This document shows, one piece after another, positions 48,056-58,525 of a DNA stretch of 64,000 nt (position 1 is the first letter of the stretch; every line of letters begins with the position of its first letter). The DNA comes from Agathobacter rectalis. Its GTDB lineage: Bacteria; Bacillota; Clostridia; Oscillospirales; Acutalibacteraceae. The notes under the pieces are model-generated. The model saw only the letters and a program-made list of their open reading frames with translations, made no database searches and had not been told where the DNA came from. Position numbers and translations under genes: made by a program. Location: the NCBI GenBank assembly GCA_963638105.1, contig CAVHPP010000009.1, positions 351 to 64,350 on the forward strand, written 5' to 3'.

Positions 48056-49369
48056 ATGGCTCATTATGAAGCCTATATTGCCCGGTATGGCGACCGGGAT
48101 TTTAACGAAATGCCCTTTAATGAGGTGGACGGGCTGATTTTTTCTCAGCTGGCGTATGTGGACTATGCGGGGATCGTTGGCGGCGCAGATGCTCAGTTCC
48201 AGACCCTGCTGGACGACGCGGCGCGGCAGTATTTTGCCCTGCACCCGGCGGAGGAGATCGACAACGAGATCGGCATTGTGCAAAAGGCGATTTATCTTTT
48301 GCAGCTGTGTGCAGACACCCGCCGCTACGGCAACACCCGGCTGTCCGCCTATGTGAATAATGTGAATATCAAGATCGACAAGCAATTCTCCGGCATTGGG
48401 TTCCACCTGAATGACGGCAGCCTGTTGGTGGCGTTCCGGGGCACGGACACCAGCATTACCGGGGTCAAGGAGTCGGCTATGCTCAGCTATATGTTCCCGG
48501 TGCCGGCCCAGATTGAGGCGCTGTACTATTTTCAGGAGACGGCGTCCCTGACCGAGGGCGATGTGCGGGTGTGCGGTCACTCCAAGGGTGGCAATTTGGC
48601 TGTCTTTGCCGCTGTGTCCTGCTCCAACTCACTGAAAAAGCGCATTCGCGGTGTGTATGAATATGACGCGCCCGGGTTTCCGGAGCCCATGGTGCACCGC
48701 TATGATTATTTGGAAATGCGGTATCGGCTGTTCTCTTATGTGCCGGAGCGGTCGGTGATCGGCTGTCTCTTAGAGCACAATGCAGATACCAAGATTGTGC
48801 AAAGCGAGAACGAGGGCTTAAAGCAGCACCAGGCCGCCTCCTGGGTGGTGGAGGACGACCGCTTTTGCTATGTGCCCAGTCGGGACGAGGCGTCGCTTTT
48901 TATTGAAAAGTACATAAAACTGGTGATGGACGATGTGGGGCCGGAGAATATGGAGACGGTGTTTGAGACCCTGTTTGCCTTTTTTGAAAGCGCCGGCATT
49001 ACCGATTACGAGGCGCTGCGGAGCTTTGACGCCGGGGATATGCTGCGCACCCTGTACTCCGTGACCGGCATTACCGAGGATCAGCGTCACCTGCTGGAGC
49101 ATACATTGAAGTTGGCGGTGAGCGATTTGTCCCGCCTGCTCTATAAAGAGAAGATCGAGGGCTACATTAAGCGCCTGGACGCGGTGATTGCCCCGGAGGA
49201 GACGGGCCGCACCAAATCCGGACTGCGCCGCAACGCGCGGGAGAAGAAAGAACCGGCCGTTAAAGAGAAAAAAGAAAAGGAAGAGAGAAAAGAGCCAAAA
49301 TCGAAAGAAAAAGCGAAGAAAGAACCAAAGCAAAAGAAAGAAAAGCCGGAAAAGCCGGCAAATAAATAG
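48056..49369 (+). CDS. alpha/beta hydrolase of the DUF2974 (Mbeg1-like, lipase-like) family with a Lys/Glu-rich C-terminal tail
   Basis: Nucleophile elbow GHSKGG, AFRGTD motif upstream, and a ~50-aa tail KKEPAVKEKKEKEERKEPKSKEKAKKEPKQKKEKPEKPANK. Confidence 0.7.
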   Translation: MAHYEAYIARYGDRDFNEMPFNEVDGLIFSQLAYVDYAGIVGGADAQFQTLLDDAARQYFALHPAEEIDNEIGIVQKAIYLLQLCADTRRYGNTRLSAYVNNVNIKIDKQFSGIGFHLNDGSLLVAFRGTDTSITGVKESAMLSYMFPVPAQIEALYYFQETASLTEGDVRVCGHSKGGNLAVFAAVSCSNSLKKRIRGVYEYDAPGFPEPMVHRYDYLEMRYRLFSYVPERSVIGCLLEHNADTKIVQSENEGLKQHQAASWVVEDDRFCYVPSRDEASLFIEKYIKLVMDDVGPENMETVFETLFAFFESAGITDYEALRSFDAGDMLRTLYSVTGITEDQRHLLEHTLKLAVSDLSRLLYKEKIEGYIKRLDAVIAPEETGRTKSGLRRNAREKKEPAVKEKKEKEERKEPKSKEKAKKEPKQKKEKPEKPANK

Positions 49370-49371
49370 GC

Positions 49372-49401
49372 AAAAGCCGCTGACAGGTGTCGGCGGCTTT
49401 T
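49372..49401. terminator. bidirectional terminator between convergent genes
   Basis: 13-bp stem AAAAGCCGCTGAC / GTCGGCGGCTTTT with A and T tracts inside the arms. Confidence 0.75.
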
Positions 49402-49412
49402 GTATATTATTC

Positions 49413-50018
49413 TTAATTCGATTCGTCTTTAGGCTTCAGATACTGGCTATTATACTTTTCAAGAAATAGCAGTACACTTTGCCTTAGCACTTCTATCTGA
49501 CTTTTCAGGTAATACTCGTCTTCAAACATAGCATAGTGCACACAGGCGCGCACAAAAATAAAGATCAGCGGCGTGATGACTGTATAGGGAATGCCGATCT
49601 TCGGCTCCAGCTCTTTTGCGTACCGGGTGTAACGCTCGTTGACCCCCTGAAAGAACTTCTTGCCGTGTTCAATGTACTTGGGCAAGGTGTAAACCTGGTA
49701 CATCAGGCGGTATTTTTTGCCGTGCTTTTTGGCGGTCCAGTAGGGAACCTCCTCAAGAAACCGCATCACATCTTTTGGGTCTGTGGGGGCCTTGGCCATA
49801 AAGTCGTCCTCCACCTTGGACATACAGTAGGCGGTGGAGTCGATAATCAGCTCGTCCAAATTCTTAAAATACACATACAGGTTGGCTTTGGTGCAGCCGC
49901 AGGCTTCTGCCAGCGCCTGGGTGCCGGTTCCGGTTAATCCGTTTTCCGCATAGCAGGCAAAGCATTTTTCCATCATTTCCTGCCGTTTCATATCATGCTG
50001 TTGAGGAATTCGCTTCAT
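49413..50018 (-). CDS. TetR/AcrR family transcriptional regulator
   Basis: N-terminal HTH (F...G...T....LA.A.G..KA.LY.YF..L..L) and a helical C-terminal domain. AGGAG RBS. Confidence 0.85.
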   Translation of the reverse strand: MKRIPQQHDMKRQEMMEKCFACYAENGLTGTGTQALAEACGCTKANLYVYFKNLDELIIDSTAYCMSKVEDDFMAKAPTDPKDVMRFLEEVPYWTAKKHGKKYRLMYQVYTLPKYIEHGKKFFQGVNERYTRYAKELEPKIGIPYTVITPLIFIFVRACVHYAMFEDEYYLKSQIEVLRQSVLLFLEKYNSQYLKPKDESN

Positions 50019-50150
50019 TGCTTGTTGCTCCTATGAGATAAATCCATTCGATTACTTAGGATAGCACATCTTATCAAAAGAAGCAAGTCACTTTCTGTGA
50101 AAAAAGGGACGATACACAAATCGCCCCTTTTTAATAGAAGATTTATAGGC

Positions 50151-50570
50151 TTAAACTCGAGTCACCCGAAAGCCGGTGCAGGCATAGCCGGTGTCCGTCA
50201 CCGGGTACTGCTTAAAGAACTGATACTGGGAGTAAGAACTGGAAAGAATTTCTCTGCCGTCCTCCTCAATGAACTCCACAATGTGGGGCACAAAACGCAG
50301 CGATTCAATATCCTCCGGGGTGCAGCCCTCGTGGTACTCGGTCATCAGGGCGGTGAACTTTTCCTTGGTAAAGGCCTTGGAGACGATACGCTCCGGGTCA
50401 ATGGGCGCAAACAGGGGAGAGATGATATAGTTTGTCTTGCCCACTTTGAGTGTAACGCAGTCGGTGAGCACCAGCACATCTTTTCCGCTTGCCTCCAAGG
50501 CTTCCAAAAAATTGCTCTTTAAGGTCTTGTAGTCACCGGGCAGGGTCAGATACGTTTTGCGGTCTATCAT
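50151..50570 (-). CDS. hypothetical protein (139 aa), no family recognised
   Basis: AAGGAGG lies 7 nt before the ATG. A terminator-like hairpin separates it from tetR. The amino-acid composition looks like a real protein, unlike the antisense ORF 50097-50522. Confidence 0.6.
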   Translation of the reverse strand: MIDRKTYLTLPGDYKTLKSNFLEALEASGKDVLVLTDCVTLKVGKTNYIISPLFAPIDPERIVSKAFTKEKFTALMTEYHEGCTPEDIESLRFVPHIVEFIEEDGREILSSSYSQYQFFKQYPVTDTGYACTGFRVTRV

Positions 50571-50661
50571 CGTGGATCCTCCTTAATTGCTATGACGGGT
50601 TGTGTAATGGGCAAATCATTGAAAATTGTAAAATAATTTTGTTCTATTTTACTATATTCTC

Positions 50662-50690
50662 TTCACAATTTCAATAGAATGTGGTAAAAT
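50662..50690 (+). promoter_or_regulatory. sigma-A type promoter of the MFS gene (TTCACA-17 nt-TAAAAT, TG extended -10)
   Basis: Hexamers and spacing counted in the sequence. The spacer contains one copy of the TTCTATT repeat, in inverted orientation. Confidence 0.55.
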
Positions 50691-50737
50691 AAGCCAAAAG
50701 AATAGGGCAACTCTATTCTATTTTAGGGGGAATAACT

Positions 50738-52102
50738 ATGAAAGCAAAGAATCCGGGCGCTTTGTCAGGGCGCACCTGGACCTCCATTCTGTTGTTTGGC
50801 CTGATCGGCCAGATTGCCTGGGTGGTGGAGAATATGTACTTCAGCCGTTTTATGCAAAATGAGATCACCCGCGCGCCTTATGCCACTACGCTGATGGTGG
50901 CGTTCTCCGCGCTGTTTGCCACACTGTCTACGCTGCTGGGCGGCGCCATCTGCGACCGTACCGGCAAGCGCAAGGTGTTTATCACCTGGGGGTATGTGAT
51001 CTGGGGCTTTACCATTATGGCCTTTGCCCTGATCCCCATGCAGCCGGCGCCGGATAAAGTCAAGGCCATGGTGATTTTGGTGGTTGTCATGGACTGCGTG
51101 ATGTCTGTGATCGGTTCCATCAGTAACGACGCGTCCTTTAACACCTGGATCACAGATATGACCAATACCGCCAACCGCAGCAAGGTGGATACCATTTTGG
51201 CAGTGCTGCCGCTGCTGGCCATTGCCGTTGTGTTTGTAGGCTTTGACGGGCTGACCAATGCCTCTGCCACCACCGACGACTGGAAAAAGTTCTTTATGCT
51301 CCTGGGTATTATACCCACGGTGGGCGGCCTGATCGGCGTGTTTTTGATGAAAGATAAGCCGGGTCTGCAAAAAAAGACGGACGGTAACTTTCTGGCCGAC
51401 TTTGTTTACAGCTTAAACCCGAAAGTCATCAAAGAAAACAAGCTGCTGTATGTTTGTCTGTCCGGTAATATGGTGGCGGCTATTGCATACCAGATCTATG
51501 TGAACTATCTGTTTAACATTATTGAGGGCACGCTGCAAATCAAGGATTATATTGTCCCGGTGGCCATTATCGGCCTGGCGGCGGCCGTGGGCTCCGTTTT
51601 GGTGAGTACCGCTATGGATAAAGTGGGCAAAAAGCACTTTTTCTATCCCACCATTATTGCCGGGATCATCGGCTGCGTAGTGATTTGGAGTGCTAAGTTT
51701 TTCGTAGGCAAAAACCTAAAGGCGGAACTGGCGATTTTAATTGTCGGCGGTATTTTGGTGATTGGTGTAACCCTGGTGATGGCAGGCTTGTTTACGGCTT
51801 CTTATCGGGACTGCATTCCAAAGGGCCGGGAGGGTCTGTTCCAAGGCTGTCGTATGGTACTGTATGTGCTGGTGCCCATGATTATCGGACCGCTGATTGC
51901 CCAGTTTATTATCAATCAGTATAATAAGGGCGTTACAGATAGCGCGGATATTGTGTATCCCATGGAGCTGTTCTTGGGCGCCGCCGCGGTGATGGTGTTC
52001 TGTTTTATTCCCGCCTCTGTTGTGCGCAAAAAGCAGGACGCGGTGCATGAAAAATTACTGGAAGAAATGAAAGAGGAACAGGCCAAAGCGTCTGCAAAAT
52101 AA
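50738..52102 (+). CDS. MFS transporter (GPH-like, about 12 TM)
   Basis: 454 aa, hydrophobic throughout, with a D-R-.-G-[KR]-R-K loop between TM2 and TM3 (CDRTGKRK). Confidence 0.75.
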   Translation: MKAKNPGALSGRTWTSILLFGLIGQIAWVVENMYFSRFMQNEITRAPYATTLMVAFSALFATLSTLLGGAICDRTGKRKVFITWGYVIWGFTIMAFALIPMQPAPDKVKAMVILVVVMDCVMSVIGSISNDASFNTWITDMTNTANRSKVDTILAVLPLLAIAVVFVGFDGLTNASATTDDWKKFFMLLGIIPTVGGLIGVFLMKDKPGLQKKTDGNFLADFVYSLNPKVIKENKLLYVCLSGNMVAAIAYQIYVNYLFNIIEGTLQIKDYIVPVAIIGLAAAVGSVLVSTAMDKVGKKHFFYPTIIAGIIGCVVIWSAKFFVGKNLKAELAILIVGGILVIGVTLVMAGLFTASYRDCIPKGREGLFQGCRMVLYVLVPMIIGPLIAQFIINQYNKGVTDSADIVYPMELFLGAAAVMVFCFIPASVVRKKQDAVHEKLLEEMKEEQAKASAK

Positions 52103-52186
52103 ATGTCGATAAGCCCTCTCCCCGGAGGGGGCTTATCCGATGCTTTTGCGGTGGCGGAATTCACCGTTTTGTAATCAAATTATGTC

Positions 52187-52215
52187 TTGACTTTAGGCCT
52201 TGTGTCCAGTATAAT
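52187..52215 (+). promoter_or_regulatory. pyr operon promoter (TTGACT-17 nt-TATAAT)
   Basis: Near-consensus hexamers 44 nt upstream of the pyrC ATG. Confidence 0.7.
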
Positions 52216-52258
52216 ATCTGTTTAGAACGAACAGCAATTTTGATGGAGAGTACAGAAT

Positions 52259-53536
52259 ATGACATTGCTTATTCAGAACGCGCGCTGCTGGAACGGCGGC
52301 GGGTTTCATACGGCAGATGTCCTCTTACAGGGAGGCAAAATAAAGTCCCTCGGCACCTCCATTTCCTCTGATGGGGTCAATGCCCTTTTTGACGCAAGGG
52401 GTCAGTATTTCCTTATACCGGGTTTCGTTGATGTGCATGTGCATCTCCGTGAGCCCGGTTTTTCTTATAAGGAGACCATTGCTACCGGGTCCGGGGCGGC
52501 TGCTGCGGCGGGCTATACCACCGTTTGCGCCATGCCCAATTTGTCCCCGGCGCCGGACACCCCGGCTCATTTGGCAGAGGAACAGGCGATCATTGACCGG
52601 GACGCCAAAATCCGGGTTTTGCCCTTTGCCTCTATTACCAGGGGGCGTAAAGGTAGTGGCGAATTGGTGGATTTTGAAGCGCTGGCACCAAAGGTGGTGG
52701 GCTTTTCCGACGATGGTTGCGGTGTGCAGGACGAGGGCTTAATGCGAGAAGCGATGGCGCGTTGCAAGGCGCTGAACAAGGTGATCTCCGCCCACTGCGA
52801 GGTCAACGACCTGCTGAACGGCGGCTACATTCACGACGGCGCCTACTGCAAGGCTCACGGTCACCGGGGCATTTCTTCCGCCTCCGAGTGGAAGATGATC
52901 GAGCGAGACTGCCGCCTGGCGGCGGACACCGGCTGCCGTTACCATGTGTGCCACATCTCCACCAAGGAGAGCGTGGAAGTGATCCGAGAAGCGAAAAAAA
53001 GCGGCGTGCCGGTCACCTGCGAGACCGGGCCCCACTACCTGGTACTGTGTGACGAGGACTTGCAGGAGGACGGCCGGTTCAAAATGAACCCGCCCTTGCG
53101 CAGCCGCAGCGATAAGGAAGCCCTGTTAGAGGGCGTAGCAGACGGCACGGTGGATGTGATCGCCACCGACCATGCGCCCCACAGTGCAGAGGAAAAAGCG
53201 AAAGGTTTGTCCGGTTCTGCCATGGGTATTGTGGGTCTGGAAACGGCATTCCCGGTGCTGTACACCAAGCTGGTGCGCACCGGCGTGATGACCTTTGAAA
53301 AGCTGATTCAAATGATGGCCGTGCGGCCAAGAGAAATATTTGACTTGCCGGTTGGCGAGATTGTCCCCGATGCACCGGCGGATTTGTGCCTACTGGACAC
53401 GGACTGTAACTGGACGGTAGACCCGGACAAGTTTGTGACCATGGGCAGGGCAACGCCTTTTGCCGGTTGGCAGGTGCAGGGCAAAAACAGATTGACGGTA
53501 TGGAGAGGAGAAGTCGTATATGAAGCCTTACGATAA
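52259..53536 (+). CDS. pyrC: dihydroorotase
   Basis: DVHVHLREPG metal motif, later HVCHIST and ATDHAPH. Confidence 0.93.
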   Translation: MTLLIQNARCWNGGGFHTADVLLQGGKIKSLGTSISSDGVNALFDARGQYFLIPGFVDVHVHLREPGFSYKETIATGSGAAAAAGYTTVCAMPNLSPAPDTPAHLAEEQAIIDRDAKIRVLPFASITRGRKGSGELVDFEALAPKVVGFSDDGCGVQDEGLMREAMARCKALNKVISAHCEVNDLLNGGYIHDGAYCKAHGHRGISSASEWKMIERDCRLAADTGCRYHVCHISTKESVEVIREAKKSGVPVTCETGPHYLVLCDEDLQEDGRFKMNPPLRSRSDKEALLEGVADGTVDVIATDHAPHSAEEKAKGLSGSAMGIVGLETAFPVLYTKLVRTGVMTFEKLIQMMAVRPREIFDLPVGEIVPDAPADLCLLDTDCNWTVDPDKFVTMGRATPFAGWQVQGKNRLTVWRGEVVYEALR

Positions 53537-54614
53537 GCAGTTGGTGCTGGAGAACGGCAAGCAGTTCTTCGGCTACGGTTTTGGCGCAGATAAGAGCGCC
53601 ATTAACGAGATCGTGTTTAATACCTCTATGGTGGGGTATCAGGAGATCGTTTCCGACCCCAGCTATACAGATCAAATGGTCGTGATGACCTACCCGCTCA
53701 TCGGCAACTACGGTATGACCGATGAGGATTATGAGACCAAGATCCCCACCATGGGCGGCCTGATCGTGCGGGAATACAACGATCAGCCCTCCAACTTCCG
53801 CTATACCAAGACCCTGTCCGAGGTGCTGGAGGAATACGGCATTCCCGGTATCAGTGGGATTGATACCCGTATGCTCACCCGCATCATTCGAGACGAAGGC
53901 AGCCAAAAAGTGGGCATTTTCCCGGCGGATATGCCCTATGACAGTGCCCTGTGGCAGGTGAAGAATTACACCATTCCCACGGATATGGTATCTCGGGTCA
54001 GCTGCAAAAAGCGCTGGTATTCCCGTACCCCTAACCACAAGTATGATGTGGTGGCCATCGACTGCGGGGTAAAGCTGAATATTATCCGCAAACTGAACGA
54101 AAAAGGCTGCAATGTGACGGTGGTGCCTTACGATACCACCGCAGAAGAAATTATGCGTATGCACCCGGACGGCCTGTTCCTGTCCAACGGTCCCGGTAAC
54201 CCGGAGGATGTGACGCCGGTGATTGAAGTGGTGCAGCAGCTGAAGGGCAAGCTGCCTATCTTCGGCATTTGCCTTGGGCACCAGATGATCAGCCTGGCGC
54301 TGGGAGCTAAGACCTTTAAGATGAAGTTTGGCCACCGGGGCGGTAACCACCCGGTAAAGCATTTAGAGAACGGCAAGATCGAGATCACCTCGCAAAACCA
54401 TTCTTACGCAGTGGATGTGGCGTCCCTGACCGGCACGGAGCTGGAGCTGACCCACATGAACCTGCTGGATCGCACCGCCGAGGGTGTGGCCTCCCCGGAG
54501 AACCGGCTGTTCTCCGTGCAGTACCACCCGGAGAGCGCACCCGGTCCTCAGGACAGTGCCTATTTGTTTGACCGGTTTATTGATTTGATGGAGGAGGCGC
54601 AGAACCATGCCTAA
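53520..54614 (+). CDS. carA: carbamoyl-phosphate synthase small (glutaminase) subunit
   Basis: GICLGHQ catalytic Cys motif, HRG.NHPV, QYHPE. Confidence 0.95.
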   Translation: MKPYDKQLVLENGKQFFGYGFGADKSAINEIVFNTSMVGYQEIVSDPSYTDQMVVMTYPLIGNYGMTDEDYETKIPTMGGLIVREYNDQPSNFRYTKTLSEVLEEYGIPGISGIDTRMLTRIIRDEGSQKVGIFPADMPYDSALWQVKNYTIPTDMVSRVSCKKRWYSRTPNHKYDVVAIDCGVKLNIIRKLNEKGCNVTVVPYDTTAEEIMRMHPDGLFLSNGPGNPEDVTPVIEVVQQLKGKLPIFGICLGHQMISLALGAKTFKMKFGHRGGNHPVKHLENGKIEITSQNHSYAVDVASLTGTELELTHMNLLDRTAEGVASPENRLFSVQYHPESAPGPQDSAYLFDRFIDLMEEAQNHA

Positions 54615-57600
54615 GCGTACAGATATTCATAAAGTATTGGTGATCGGTTCCGGTCCCATCGTCATCGGCCAGGCGGCGGAGTTTGACTACGCCGGCACCC
54701 AGGCCTGCCTTGCCCTGCGTGAGGAGGGCTATGAAGTGGTGCTTATTAACTCCAACCCGGCTACCATTATGACCGATACGGACATTGCCGATAAAGTCTA
54801 TATGGAGCCGCTGAATTTGGAATATGTGGCGCGTATTATTCGCCATGAGCGCCCGGACGCTATCTTGCCCTCTCTGGGCGGTCAAACCGGTTTGAACCTG
54901 GCGGTACAGCTGGCAAAAAAAGGCGTTCTGCAAGAGTGCGATGTAGAAATTCTCGGCACCAGCTTTGAGTCCATTGAGCGGGCAGAGGATCGAGAGCTGT
55001 TTAAGGAGCTTTGCCAGGGACTGGGGGAGCCGGTGTTGCCCTCAGAGATCGCAGAGACCTTGGAGGACGGTTTGCGTGCGGCTGCAGAGATCGGTTATCC
55101 CGTTGTGCTGCGCCCGGCCTTTACCCTTGGCGGCACCGGCGGCGGCTTTGCGGATGATGAAGAAGAGTGCCGTGTCATGCTGAAAAACGCCCTGGCCCTG
55201 TCACCGGTGCACCAGGTGCTGGTGGAAAAGAGCATTAAGGGCTATAAAGAAGTAGAATATGAGGTAATGCGGGACGCCAACGATACCGCCATTACCATTT
55301 GTAATATGGAGAATATTGACCCGGTAGGTATCCATACCGGCGACTCTGTGGTGGTGGCGCCCTCTCAAACCCTCACCAACAAAGAGTACCAGATGCTCCG
55401 TGACTCTGCACTGAAGATTATTCGGGAGCTGAAAATCGAGGGCGGGTGCAATGTGCAGTTTGCGCTGGATCCCCATTCATTCCAGTATTATCTTATTGAG
55501 GTGAACCCCCGCGTCAGCCGTTCCTCCGCCTTGGCTTCCAAGGCCAGCGGCTATCCCATTGCCCGGGTCAGCGCCAAGATTGCCGTGGGTATGCATCTGG
55601 ACGAGATCCCTATTGCCAACACCCCCGCTTCCTTTGAGCCTACCCTGGACTATGTGGTCACCAAGATCGCCCGGTTCCCCTTTGACAAATTTGCCGACGC
55701 CAACAATACCCTGAACACTCAGATGAAGGCCACCGGCGAGGTGATGAGCGTAGGTCGCACCATGGAGGAGAGCCTGCTTAAGGCGGTGCGCTCCCTGGAG
55801 ATCGGCGTTTGCCACCTGTATATGAAAAAATTTGACACGTACACCCAGGAGGAACTGCTGGACTATATCCACACCGGCACCGACGATCGGTTGTATGCCA
55901 TTGCTCAGTTGATCCGGCTGCGCTGCGATTTGAACCGCATTTATAATGCCACGAAGATTGATATGTGGTTCTTGGAGAAGTTCAAGAACATTGTGGACTT
56001 TGAGGCGGTGCTGCGGGCCAATCCCCGGGACGAACAGACCCTGCGGGACGCCAAAAAAATGGGCGTGTCCGACAAATATATCGGCCAGCTGTGGGGTATG
56101 ACGGAGGCGGAGGTTTTCAATCTGCGCAAGTCTATCAAGCTGTTCCCGGTGTATAAGATGATCGACACCTGTGCCTCTGAGTTTGACTCCTATGTGCCGT
56201 ACTTCTACTCCACCTATGAGGAGGAGAACGAGTCCGTTGTATCGGATAAAAAGAAGATCGTCGTGCTTGGCTCCGGTCCCATTCGTATCGGTCAGGGCGT
56301 GGAATTTGACTACTCCACCGTTCACGCCATTTGGTCCATTCGGGCCGCCGGGTACGAGGCCATTATCATCAACAACAACCCGGAGACCGTGTCTACCGAT
56401 TATACCACCTCGGACAAGCTGTATTTTGAGCCGCTGACGGTGGAAGATGTGATGAATGTGATCGAGCTGGAGCAGCCCATGGGCATTGTGGTGTCCCTGG
56501 GCGGCCAGACCGCCATTAACCTGGCACCTCCGCTGGACGCGCTGGGTGTGCCCATCATCGGTACCGATGTGGCTGCCATTGACCGGGCAGAGAACCGGGA
56601 CAGCTTTGAAAAGGTAATGGAAAAGCTGGGCATTCCCCAGCCTAAGGGCCTGGCGGTTACGGATATTGAAGAGGGCGTGCGCGTTGCCGCCTCCATCGGT
56701 TATCCTGTGCTGGTGCGCCCCTCCTTTGTATTGGGCGGTCGTGCCATGCAGATCGTTGCCAATGAGGAGAGCCTGCGTCACTACCTGCAAACGGCTGTGG
56801 AGATCAACACCGATCAGCCGGTGTTGGTGGATAAGTATATTATGGGTAAAGAGCTGGAGGTGGACGCCATCTGTGACGGCACAGATGTGTTCATTCCCGG
56901 TATTATGGAGCATGTGGAGCGCACCGGCGTGCATTCCGGCGACTCCATCAGCATTTATCCCACCTTCTCCGTCAGCCAGGCGGTCAAGGATAAGATCATT
57001 GATTATACTGTTAAACTGGGTACCGCCATCGGCATTGTGGGTCTTTACAATATCCAGTTTATTGCCGACAGCAACGACGATGTGTATGTGATTGAGGTGA
57101 ACCCCCGTTCCTCCCGCACGGTGCCGTTCCTGTCCAAGGCCACTTCCGTGCCTATGGCGCACATTGCCACCCAGGTGATCCTGGGCCACAGCTTAAAAGA
57201 GCAGGGCATTACGGAGGTGTATCCCCAGGAGAAAAAGCGCTGGTATGTGAAGGCGCCTGCCTTCTCCTTTAGCAAGCTGAAAGGGATGGACACTTATCTG
57301 TCCCCGGAGATGAAGTCCACCGGTGAGGCTATCGGTTACGACAAGAGCCTGACCCGCGCTCTGTATAAAGCGTTACAATCCAGCGGATTGCATGTGTCCA
57401 ACTACGGCACGGTGCTGGTGACCATTGCGGATCAGGACAAGCCAACGGCGCTGCCGCTGATTCGTCGGTTCTACGATCTGGGCTTTAATATTGAAGCCAC
57501 AGAGGGCACAGCCAAGTACCTGAAAGACCACGGCATTCGCACCCGGGTGCGGCAAAAGCTCACGGAGGACGACAGCGACGAGATCTTGATGGCCCTGCGC

Positions 57601-57792
57601 CAGGGGCACATTGCCTATGTGATTAACACCATTGATATTAACCACGGCGACAGCCACTCGGACGGCTCGGAAATTCGCCGGGCTGCGGTGGAAAACAATG
57701 TGACCATGTTCACATCGCTGGATACGGTAAAGGTGCTGTTGGATGTGCTGGAGGAGATCACTCTGGGCGTGTCCACCATTGACGCGGAGTAA
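54607..57792 (+). CDS. carB: carbamoyl-phosphate synthase large subunit
   Basis: 1061 aa. Duplicated ATP-grasp halves ([15 protein letters not shown] / [15 protein letters not shown]) and a C-terminal MGS-like domain. Confidence 0.97.
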   Translation: MPKRTDIHKVLVIGSGPIVIGQAAEFDYAGTQACLALREEGYEVVLINSNPATIMTDTDIADKVYMEPLNLEYVARIIRHERPDAILPSLGGQTGLNLAVQLAKKGVLQECDVEILGTSFESIERAEDRELFKELCQGLGEPVLPSEIAETLEDGLRAAAEIGYPVVLRPAFTLGGTGGGFADDEEECRVMLKNALALSPVHQVLVEKSIKGYKEVEYEVMRDANDTAITICNMENIDPVGIHTGDSVVVAPSQTLTNKEYQMLRDSALKIIRELKIEGGCNVQFALDPHSFQYYLIEVNPRVSRSSALASKASGYPIARVSAKIAVGMHLDEIPIANTPASFEPTLDYVVTKIARFPFDKFADANNTLNTQMKATGEVMSVGRTMEESLLKAVRSLEIGVCHLYMKKFDTYTQEELLDYIHTGTDDRLYAIAQLIRLRCDLNRIYNATKIDMWFLEKFKNIVDFEAVLRANPRDEQTLRDAKKMGVSDKYIGQLWGMTEAEVFNLRKSIKLFPVYKMIDTCASEFDSYVPYFYSTYEEENESVVSDKKKIVVLGSGPIRIGQGVEFDYSTVHAIWSIRAAGYEAIIINNNPETVSTDYTTSDKLYFEPLTVEDVMNVIELEQPMGIVVSLGGQTAINLAPPLDALGVPIIGTDVAAIDRAENRDSFEKVMEKLGIPQPKGLAVTDIEEGVRVAASIGYPVLVRPSFVLGGRAMQIVANEESLRHYLQTAVEINTDQPVLVDKYIMGKELEVDAICDGTDVFIPGIMEHVERTGVHSGDSISIYPTFSVSQAVKDKIIDYTVKLGTAIGIVGLYNIQFIADSNDDVYVIEVNPRSSRTVPFLSKATSVPMAHIATQVILGHSLKEQGITEVYPQEKKRWYVKAPAFSFSKLKGMDTYLSPEMKSTGEAIGYDKSLTRALYKALQSSGLHVSNYGTVLVTIADQDKPTALPLIRRFYDLGFNIEATEGTAKYLKDHGIRTRVRQKLTEDDSDEILMALRQGHIAYVINTIDINHGDSHSDGSEIRRAAVENNVTMFTSLDTVKVLLDVLEEITLGVSTIDAE

Positions 57793-57796
57793 GCGT

Positions 57797-58525
57797 ATGT
57801 ATAAACAAGGTATTTTTACAATAGAAGAAAACCGACCTCTGACTGCCAGCGTGTACCGTATGGTGCTGGCAGGGGACACCCGGTACATTACGGCGCCGGG
57901 CCAATTTGTGAACATTGCTCTGGCGGGCAAGTTCCTGCGCCGCCCCATCTCCGTTTGCGATTACGACAGCCGGACGGTGACCATCATCTATAAAGTGGTG
58001 GGGCAGGGGACGGCCCAAATGGCAACTATGCAGCCGGGGGAGAAGTTGGATGTGCTCACCGGCCTGGGCAACGGCTACACGGTGCAGAATGTGCACCACG
58101 CGCTGCTCATCGGCGGTGGTGTAGGCGTGCCGCCCCTTTACAACCTGTGCAAGACCCTGCGAGCCGCCGGGCAGCAGGTGACGGTAATCCTGGGCTTTAA
58201 CACGGCGGACGAAGTGTTCTACGCCGAGGAATTCGCCGCACTGGGTGCGGAGGTGCGGATCACCACCGTGGACGGCAGTGTAGGCACCAAGGGCTTTGTG
58301 ACGGATGCCTTTCCGGCAGAGTATGACTACTTTTATACCTGCGGTCCGCTGCCGATGTTGAGGGCGGTATATGACCGCTCTGCCACCTCCGGTCAGTTCT
58401 CCTTTGAGGAGCGCATGGGCTGCGGCTTTGGCGCTTGTATGGGCTGCTCCTGCAAGACCAAGTACGGCAACAAACGCATTTGTAAGGACGGACCGGTGCT
58501 GGTAAAGGAGGAGATCGTATGGTAG
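57797..58525 (+). CDS. pyrK: dihydroorotate dehydrogenase B electron-transfer subunit
   Basis: FAD/NAD-binding fold (RRPISV, GGGVGVPP) and a C-terminal 2Fe-2S Cys cluster CGFGACMGCSC. Confidence 0.92.
   Translation: MYKQGIFTIEENRPLTASVYRMVLAGDTRYITAPGQFVNIALAGKFLRRPISVCDYDSRTVTIIYKVVGQGTAQMATMQPGEKLDVLTGLGNGYTVQNVHHALLIGGGVGVPPLYNLCKTLRAAGQQVTVILGFNTADEVFYAEEFAALGAEVRITTVDGSVGTKGFVTDAFPAEYDYFYTCGPLPMLRAVYDRSATSGQFSFEERMGCGFGACMGCSCKTKYGNKRICKDGPVLVKEEIVW

Noticed and set aside
49230-49369. Purine-rich AAAGAAAAAG-type reiterations, considered as a tandem DNA repeat or CRISPR-like array.
   Set aside because: The units are short, imperfect and in frame within a long ORF. There are no spacers or constant repeats. 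This is a low-complexity coding tail, not a repeat array.
50097-50522. Plus-strand 141-aa ORF overlapping the 139-aa minus-strand gene.
   Set aside because: It has no RBS and a Gly/Leu/His/Arg-rich composition. The minus-strand frame has a perfect AAGGAGG RBS and protein-like composition.
52103-52258. Riboswitch, T-box or PyrR attenuator upstream of the pyr operon. I made a similar check of the leaders at 40313-40374 and 46507-46683.
   Set aside because: The leaders are short, or lack the conserved cores I can recognise by eye (T-box AGGGTGGNACCGCG, the PyrR loop, the purine and c-di-GMP riboswitch cores). I cannot exclude unknown RNA motifs without covariance searches.
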